Assembly: GCA_963776345.1 (NCBI GenBank)
Contig: CAVZMH010000015.1
Location: 384,001 to 448,000, forward strand
Origin: an uncultured delta proteobacterium
GTDB lineage: Bacteria; Myxococcota; Myxococcia; Myxococcales; Myxococcaceae
Direction: 5' to 3'
Length of the DNA stretch: 64,000 nt
Shown here: positions 58,696-64,000 of the stretch, piece by piece
Layout of the letters: each line of letters starts with the position of its first letter
How positions within the stretch are numbered: position 1 is the first letter of the stretch
Notes under the pieces: generated by a model
The model's database searches: none
Told to the model about the DNA's origin: nothing
The model's input: the letters and a program-made list of their open reading frames with translations, nothing else
Made by a program: the position numbers and the translations under genes

Positions 58696-60537
58696 TCAGG
58701 CCGTTCCGAGCGCCGCGTCGGGAATCTCGAGCGGCGAGGCGTCCTCGGTCGCGAGCGAGCGCGCCGACGCCTCAACTTGAGGAAGCACGTTGCGCGCGAA
58801 CCACAGGGCCGACTGCACCTTGCCGGTGTAGAACGCCTTCTCTTGCTCGGACAGGCCGCCCGCGGCGAGCGCCTTCTGCGCCACCGCGGCCGCATCGAGC
58901 AGCACCCAGGCCACCGCCACCTGCGACATCATGGTCAGGAAGCGGTTCGCCGACAGCCCGATGAGCCCGAGCCCGTTCGACTGGCTCCAGCCGAGCAGGG
59001 TCATCGCGCTCGACATCAGCGCCTCCTGCCCGGCCGCGAGCAGCTCCATCGCCTTGCCCAGCGTGGCGTCGCCCCGGTGCGCCTCGACGAAGCCGGCCAC
59101 GTCCTGGAGGAACGCCTGGAAGTTGACCCCGCCGGCCTGGCCCATCTTCCGGCCCACCAGATCCATCGCCTGGATGTGATTGGTGCCCTCGTAGATGCTG
59201 TAGATCTTCGCGTCGCGGGCGTACTGCTCCACCGGGTGGTCCTTCAGGTAGCCGGCGCCGCCGTACACCTGGATCGCCACGCCGGCGAGCCGGAACGCCT
59301 CGTCCGAGGCGAACGACTTCACCAGCGGGGTCAGGAGGTCCACCTGGCCCTTGTGGTAGGTGGCCTTCTGGTCGTCCTTCCCCGCCAGCGCCCGCGCCTG
59401 GTCGCTGTGCCAGGCGAGCTTCACGATCAGCGCGCGGATCCCCTCGGTGTGCGACTTGAGGTCGAGCAGCATCCGCCGCACGTCCGGGTGCTCGATGATC
59501 GCCACCCGCGGCACCGTGGGGTCCTTCCAGTGCGTGTAGTGTGGCCCCTGCTTCCGGTCGCGCGCGTAGTCCACCGCGTTCTGGTACGCCGCCGCCGCCG
59601 TCGCCAGGCCCTGGATGCCGACGGCGATGCGCGCGCCGTTCATCATCCGGAACATCTGGGACATGCCCAGGTTCTCCACCGTCCCGACCAGCTCGCCCTC
59701 GCAGCCGTCGTTCTCGCCGAAGGCCAGAACCGCAGTGGCAGAGCCGTTGATGCCCATCTTGTGCTCGATGGACGCCACCGCCACGTCGTTGCTCCCGCCG
59801 ACCTTGCCGCTCGCGTCGATGCGCTTCTTCGGCACGATGAACAGCGACAGGCCCTTGGTGCCCGGGGGCGCGCCCTCCACCCGCGCGAGGACGAGGTGGA
59901 CGATGTTCTCGGCGAGATCGTGGTCACCGCCGGAGATGAAGACCTTGGTTCCCTTGATGGCGTACTTGCCGTTGCCCACCCGCTTCGCGCTGGTCTTCGC
60001 CGAGCCCACGTCGCTGCCGGCGTGCGGCTCGGTGAGGCACATCGTCCCGCCCCAGGTGCCGTCGAGCATCTTCTCGGCGTAGCGCTTGGTCTGCTCCGGC
60101 GTGCCGCACTCGACGATGGTCTCCGCCGCGCCGAACGCCAGCCCCGGGTACATGTTGAAGGCCGGGTTGGCGCCGGAGAGGATCTCCTCCACCAGCGCCA
60201 CCAGCGCCTGCGGCGCGCCCTGGCCGCCGTGCTCCGCCGCGACGCCCAGCGCCTTGAACCCGTTCTCGTAGAGCTGCTTCCAGGCCTCGCGGAAGCCCTT
60301 CGGCGTCCGGACCTCTCCGGCCTCGATCCGGCAGCCTTCCCGGTCACCCGAGGCGTTGAGGGGCCCGAGCACCTCGCGGGCGAAGCGGTACGCGGCGTCC
60401 AGCACCGCCTTGGCCTCGTCCTCGCCCCAGGCGTCGTACGGCGCCTTCCCCAGCAGCTCGCCCAGGCGGAACTGCTCCAGCAGAACGAAGGAGAGCTCCC
60501 GGAGGTCCGCCTTGTACCAGTTCAGTCCAGCCGCCAT
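58696..60537 (-). CDS. Acyl-CoA dehydrogenase
   Basis: GTMCLTEPHAGSD, GTKVFIS, EHKMGI, QVYGGAGY, IYEGTN. Confidence 0.95.
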   Translation of the reverse strand: MAAGLNWYKADLRELSFVLLEQFRLGELLGKAPYDAWGEDEAKAVLDAAYRFAREVLGPLNASGDREGCRIEAGEVRTPKGFREAWKQLYENGFKALGVAAEHGGQGAPQALVALVEEILSGANPAFNMYPGLAFGAAETIVECGTPEQTKRYAEKMLDGTWGGTMCLTEPHAGSDVGSAKTSAKRVGNGKYAIKGTKVFISGGDHDLAENIVHLVLARVEGAPPGTKGLSLFIVPKKRIDASGKVGGSNDVAVASIEHKMGINGSATAVLAFGENDGCEGELVGTVENLGMSQMFRMMNGARIAVGIQGLATAAAAYQNAVDYARDRKQGPHYTHWKDPTVPRVAIIEHPDVRRMLLDLKSHTEGIRALIVKLAWHSDQARALAGKDDQKATYHKGQVDLLTPLVKSFASDEAFRLAGVAIQVYGGAGYLKDHPVEQYARDAKIYSIYEGTNHIQAMDLVGRKMGQAGGVNFQAFLQDVAGFVEAHRGDATLGKAMELLAAGQEALMSSAMTLLGWSQSNGLGLIGLSANRFLTMMSQVAVAWVLLDAAAVAQKALAAGGLSEQEKAFYTGKVQSALWFARNVLPQVEASARSLATEDASPLEIPDAALGTA

Positions 60538-60570
60538 CGGTCGACTCCAGAATCAACGGGACGTGGGGGA

Positions 60571-60599
60571 AGGATGTCCCCGGCTGATTCCCGAGTCAA
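60571..60599 (-). promoter_or_regulatory. Putative sigma-70-type promoter for the acyl-CoA dehydrogenase
   Basis: TTGACT-17 nt-CATCCT, 33 nt upstream of the ATG. Confidence 0.45.
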
Positions 60600-60647
60600 T
60601 CCGAAATGACGCCCCGCGTCGCCAGGGCCTGCAGGGGGGCGACAGCC

Positions 60648-61286
60648 CTACTTCTTGCGCGGCTTCCTGGTCGCCCCGGGGGCCTTCCGGAGGGCCGGAG
60701 ACTCCCGGGGGGAGGCCTTCTTGACCCCGGAGACGGGGGTGGCCGCCGGCTCCTTCCGCGCCGGAGCGGGCGGTGAAGGCGGTGGGAGGATGCTCTCCTT
60801 GGGCGCGGGGATCATCACCGGGGGCTGCCCCGAGCGCTGGCGGTTCTCGTCCTCGAGCGAGTGGAAGAGCTGGATCTGCGCGCCGCCGCGGAGCACCAGC
60901 TCGCCCTTCTGGTTCTCCACCCAGACGTCCAGCTCGGCGAAGTAGCGGCCCTCGTCGCCCCAGCGCTCGGTCACCCGGCCCTTGCAGACCACGGTGTCGC
61001 CCGGCCAGACGATCTTCGAGAACTTCACCGAGTACCGCCGGAGCTGCGCGCCCCGCGCCCAGTCGGACACCAGCTGGCCGAGGAAGCCCATGATCAGCAT
61101 GCCCGGGGCGTAGACGCTGGGCATGCCCAGGCTCCGGGCGTACGTCTCATCGACGTGCACCGGGTTGAAGTCCCCCGAGGCACCGGCGTAGCGCGCCAGC
61201 TGCACCCGGTCCAGCGGAGGCTTGGAGAGCGCGGGGAGCTCCTCTCCAACCCGCACCGCTTCGAAGTAGAGCTTGCGAGAGGCCAT
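60648..61286 (-). CDS. MaoC-family (R)-hydratase/dehydratase
   Basis: YAGASGDFNPVHVD hydratase-2 motif; basic Pro-rich tail. Confidence 0.9.
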   Translation of the reverse strand: MASRKLYFEAVRVGEELPALSKPPLDRVQLARYAGASGDFNPVHVDETYARSLGMPSVYAPGMLIMGFLGQLVSDWARGAQLRRYSVKFSKIVWPGDTVVCKGRVTERWGDEGRYFAELDVWVENQKGELVLRGGAQIQLFHSLEDENRQRSGQPPVMIPAPKESILPPPSPPAPARKEPAATPVSGVKKASPRESPALRKAPGATRKPRKK

Positions 61287-61293
61287 GGACGGG

Positions 61294-61740
61294 TCAGCTC
61301 TCCTTGCTGGCGCGCACCACCAGCGTGCGCCGGGCCTTGAAGACGAGGTTGCCCTCCTCGTCGCGCCCCTCGTCCTCGATGACCGCGACGTCCATCTTCC
61401 CCGAAGGCCCGGTGCGCTCGAGCACCTCGGCCACCCGGGTGGAGACGTAGATGCGGTCCCCGGCGAAGATGGGGCGGTCGTACTCGAACGCCTGCTCGGC
61501 GTGCAGCAGGCTCTTGATGCCGACGCCGAGGAGCTCGCGCAGGTCGGCCGCCGACTGGAAGCTGGCCGGGAACGTGGGCGGGGCGACGATGGTTGGGTAA
61601 CCGGCCGCCCGGGCGTACTCCTCGTCGTAGTACATGGGGTTGAAGTCGCCGAGCGCCTCCGCGAACCGGCGGATCGCCCCCTTCTCGACCTCGTTCAGGG
61701 TCGGCGGGGAGGAGCGACCGATGGCGTTCTTGTCCAGCAT
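61294..61740 (-). CDS. MaoC-like dehydratase N-terminal (HadA-like) subunit
   Basis: VEKGAIRRFAEALGD...APPTF...LLHAEQAFEY. Confidence 0.85.
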   Translation of the reverse strand: MLDKNAIGRSSPPTLNEVEKGAIRRFAEALGDFNPMYYDEEYARAAGYPTIVAPPTFPASFQSAADLRELLGVGIKSLLHAEQAFEYDRPIFAGDRIYVSTRVAEVLERTGPSGKMDVAVIEDEGRDEEGNLVFKARRTLVVRASKES

Positions 61741-61758
61741 GTCAGGTCCTCTTCTGGA

Positions 61759-62754
61759 TCAACGTCCCGCCGGGAGATCGAGCACGGTGAGGAGGCCCGA
61801 CTCCGCGGAGGCGACGCGTGGGGCGGCGTGTACCACGAGCTCCGCGGTGGCCGAGTCCCCCGGGATGCCACCGGTGATGTCGACGGTGAGCCGGGTGTCC
61901 GACTCGATGACGATCCGGTCCCCGGGGGGTTCCGCGCCCAGGGCGAGCATCAGCTCGAGGCGCACCCTCTCCTGCCCGTCCTCGAGGCCAACCACCGTCT
62001 GGCTCACCCCCGCCACCCGGCCGCGCGGGACGACGAACGCGCCCCCGGGGATGTCCTCCTCGGCGATGACCGGGGCGACCTCCTCCTCGTACTCCTCGAC
62101 GTCGAGCCCGAGCCCCAGCGCGCACAGCGCCGCCGACTCCAGCAGGCCCACGTGGCCCACGGCTCCCTCCGCGGCGAGCGCGTCGAACTCCTCCTCGGTG
62201 AGGCCGGCGCCGATCTTCCGCTGCAGCGCCTCGCGGCGCCCCCGCGCGTCCACCACCCGCCGGGCCAGCACGTGGCGCACCGGCCCGAGCGTCTGGCCGA
62301 GGGTGGCGACGAGCCGGTCGAGGACGAAGCCGGGATTCACCCCCGTCCCGAGGACCGAGACGCCGCCGCGCTGGGCGGCCCGCTCCAGCTTCTCGGCCAG
62401 CTGGGGGTGCCGGACCCAGGGGAACGCCAGCTCCTCGCAGGTCGACACCACCGGGTGACCCTCCTTCACCGCCGCCAGCAGCTGCTCGGCGATGGCGGGG
62501 AACGACGACCCGGTGGCGTGCAGCACCACCGGACGGCGACCTTTTCCGGTCCCCCGCCGCAGCGCGGGCTCGACCTCGATCGATGACGACACCCCGAGCA
62601 GGTCCAGTCGCTTGCCCACCAGCGCTGGATGGGTGTCCACGGCGCCGACCAGCATCACCTCCTCGGACCGGAGGGCCGCGCGTGCGATCTCCCGCCCGAT
62701 GGCCCCGAGCCCCATCACCACCACGGGCACCGGACCCGAGTTCGCCCTGGCCAT
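61759..62754 (-). CDS. NAD(P)-dependent dehydrogenase, DapB-like / 2,4-diaminopentanoate (amine) dehydrogenase-like
   Basis: GLGAIG, VVSTCEEL, GTGVNPGF, GHVG, GIPGDSAT. Confidence 0.75.
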   Translation of the reverse strand: MARANSGPVPVVVMGLGAIGREIARAALRSEEVMLVGAVDTHPALVGKRLDLLGVSSSIEVEPALRRGTGKGRRPVVLHATGSSFPAIAEQLLAAVKEGHPVVSTCEELAFPWVRHPQLAEKLERAAQRGGVSVLGTGVNPGFVLDRLVATLGQTLGPVRHVLARRVVDARGRREALQRKIGAGLTEEEFDALAAEGAVGHVGLLESAALCALGLGLDVEEYEEEVAPVIAEEDIPGGAFVVPRGRVAGVSQTVVGLEDGQERVRLELMLALGAEPPGDRIVIESDTRLTVDITGGIPGDSATAELVVHAAPRVASAESGLLTVLDLPAGR

Positions 62755-62835
62755 GAAGACCGAATCTCCCGCCGTTTCGAGGGGTTGTGGTTTTACGTCC
62801 GGGGGCTCGGGCCGGGCAACGAAAAGTGGAGCCTC

Positions 62836-64000
62836 TCAGGGCGTGAAGAGAACCCAGTCGACGAGTCGATCCCCCTCAACCAGACCATCGAGCGCTTCCA
62901 TTCCGGAGACCACGGTTCCAATGATGGTGTAACGGCCATCCAGGTGCGGCTGGGGCGAGAGCGCGACGAAGAGCTGGCTCCCGCCGGTGTCCTTCCCGGC
63001 CAGGGCCATCCCAACGGTTCCGCGGAGATAGGTGCGCGGGGAGACCTCGCAGGGGATGGTGAAGCCTGGGCCCCCCTCGCCGTCACCGCGCGGGTCGCCC
63101 CCCTGGACCACGAAGTCCGGGACGACGCGGTGGAAGGTGAGCCCGTGGAAGAAGCCCTCCCGCGCGAGGCGGGAGAGCTGGGCCACCGTGGCGGGGGCCG
63201 CGTCGAGCTCGGGGGCGATGACCACCGGCCCCAGCGCGGTCTCGATGCGCCACAGCGTCCCGGCCGGCACCGGGGACGCGGACGGCGCCTCGGCCCGCGC
63301 GGGGACCGAGGGCGCGCGCACCGGCGTCCCCTCGAGGGCGGTGAGCGCGCGTGCCGCCTCGTGGCGGATGTGCGCGTGCGGTGAGCCGAGCCACTGGCGG
63401 AGCAACCCCGAGGCGCCGTCGGGCCTCAGCTTCACCAGCGCGTCGGCGTAGGTCGTGACGACGTCCACCGGGGCCGCGCGGGCCCACGCGAAGATGGCCG
63501 GACCCGACACCTTGTCCCCCAGCGTCGCCAGGGCATCGACGGCCGCCGCCCGGACGATGAGGTCGGGGTCGTCGAGCAGCGGCCGGAGCGCCGGGGTGAG
63601 CTCGGGCGCCTTCGCCGCGGGGACGACGGCCGCCGCGGCCGCGCGGACCTGCGGGGAGGAATGGCGGAGGAAGGGCAGCAGCGCCTTCTGGATCCGCGCC
63701 TCGGCCACGCGGGGGCTGGCCGCGACCGCCTCCAGACCGAGGCGCAGCCGCCGCGGCTCGGGGATCCGATCGTGGCCGCACCGGAGCGTCTCGTCCAGCC
63801 AGCCCCGCTGGCGATCCTCGGCGGCGGCCATGCGGCAGTCGAGCCAGGCGGCGGTGTCGCGGACCGACTCGGGCGCGGTCTCGGCCGCGGAGCGCAAGGT
63901 CGTCCGCAGCCGGACCAGGACCCGGCGCGCGGACTCGGGTACCGGCGCCTGGGCGAGCGCGAGGAGCGGCGGGACGGTCTGCCCCAGCGTCGACGGCCCG
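62836..64000 (-). CDS. HEAT-repeat protein with C-terminal cyclophilin PPIase (5' truncated by window edge)
   Basis: HEAT repeats, then FHRVVPDFVVQGGDPRGDG...GMALAGKDTGGSQ...HLDGRYT. Confidence 0.9.
   Translation of the reverse strand, partial: GPSTLGQTVPPLLALAQAPVPESARRVLVRLRTTLRSAAETAPESVRDTAAWLDCRMAAAEDRQRGWLDETLRCGHDRIPEPRRLRLGLEAVAASPRVAEARIQKALLPFLRHSSPQVRAAAAAVVPAAKAPELTPALRPLLDDPDLIVRAAAVDALATLGDKVSGPAIFAWARAAPVDVVTTYADALVKLRPDGASGLLRQWLGSPHAHIRHEAARALTALEGTPVRAPSVPARAEAPSASPVPAGTLWRIETALGPVVIAPELDAAPATVAQLSRLAREGFFHGLTFHRVVPDFVVQGGDPRGDGEGGPGFTIPCEVSPRTYLRGTVGMALAGKDTGGSQLFVALSPQPHLDGRYTIIGTVVSGMEALDGLVEGDRLVDWVLFTP

Noticed and set aside
62777..62795. Third copy of the 28-bp repeat (TCGAGGGGTTGTGGTTTT)
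   Set aside because: Only the short GGGGTTGT core is shared, and the GAAGA/TCTTC dyad is absent.

Overview
This is a high-GC window from a myxobacterium (Myxococcota), judged from the gene order xseA-xseB-response regulator-ispA-dxs-tlyA-sgmT-TPR-agmH-bacN-bacO-bacP-padC-pyrE, which matches my recollection of Myxococcus xanthus. The right half (31-64 kb) is mostly core genome: pgsA, a lytic transglycosylase, nadB, rhomboid, LOG, bactofilins/PadC, SgmT, isoprenoid genes, Exo VII, an ECF sigma/anti-sigma pair, ExbBD and fatty-acyl genes. The left half is more accessory: the ccoG end, MarR, ASCH, hemN-hemJ-TspO-like, 2-oxoacid:ferredoxin oxidoreductase, a broken M13 peptidase, a ferritin-like gene, a beta-barrel plus Ig-repeat lipoprotein cluster, an atypical P450 and tRNA-Gly(GCC). 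Several genes (ASCH, hemN, the Ig protein, dxs, M13) carry single-base indels, mostly in short homopolymers, so long-read sequencing error is likely. Best leads: (1) a secreted rhodanese with an in-frame UGA at a Cys position followed by a SECIS-like hairpin, i.e. a probable selenoprotein, next to a cytochrome c; (2) Exo VII whose small subunit ends in an SSB-tail mimic (DDDDIPF) and whose large subunit begins with a clamp-binding-like motif (QGDLF); (3) three unexplained DNA structures: a 29-bp inverted repeat pair, a 28-bp direct repeat 6.1 kb apart, and a 77-bp dyad with 38-bp arms and a 5-bp flanking duplication; (4) a barrel plus Ig-lipoprotein surface module; (5) a P450 with a CYP152-like heme loop and no I-helix Thr. 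All family calls come from motif recognition by eye; no searches were run.
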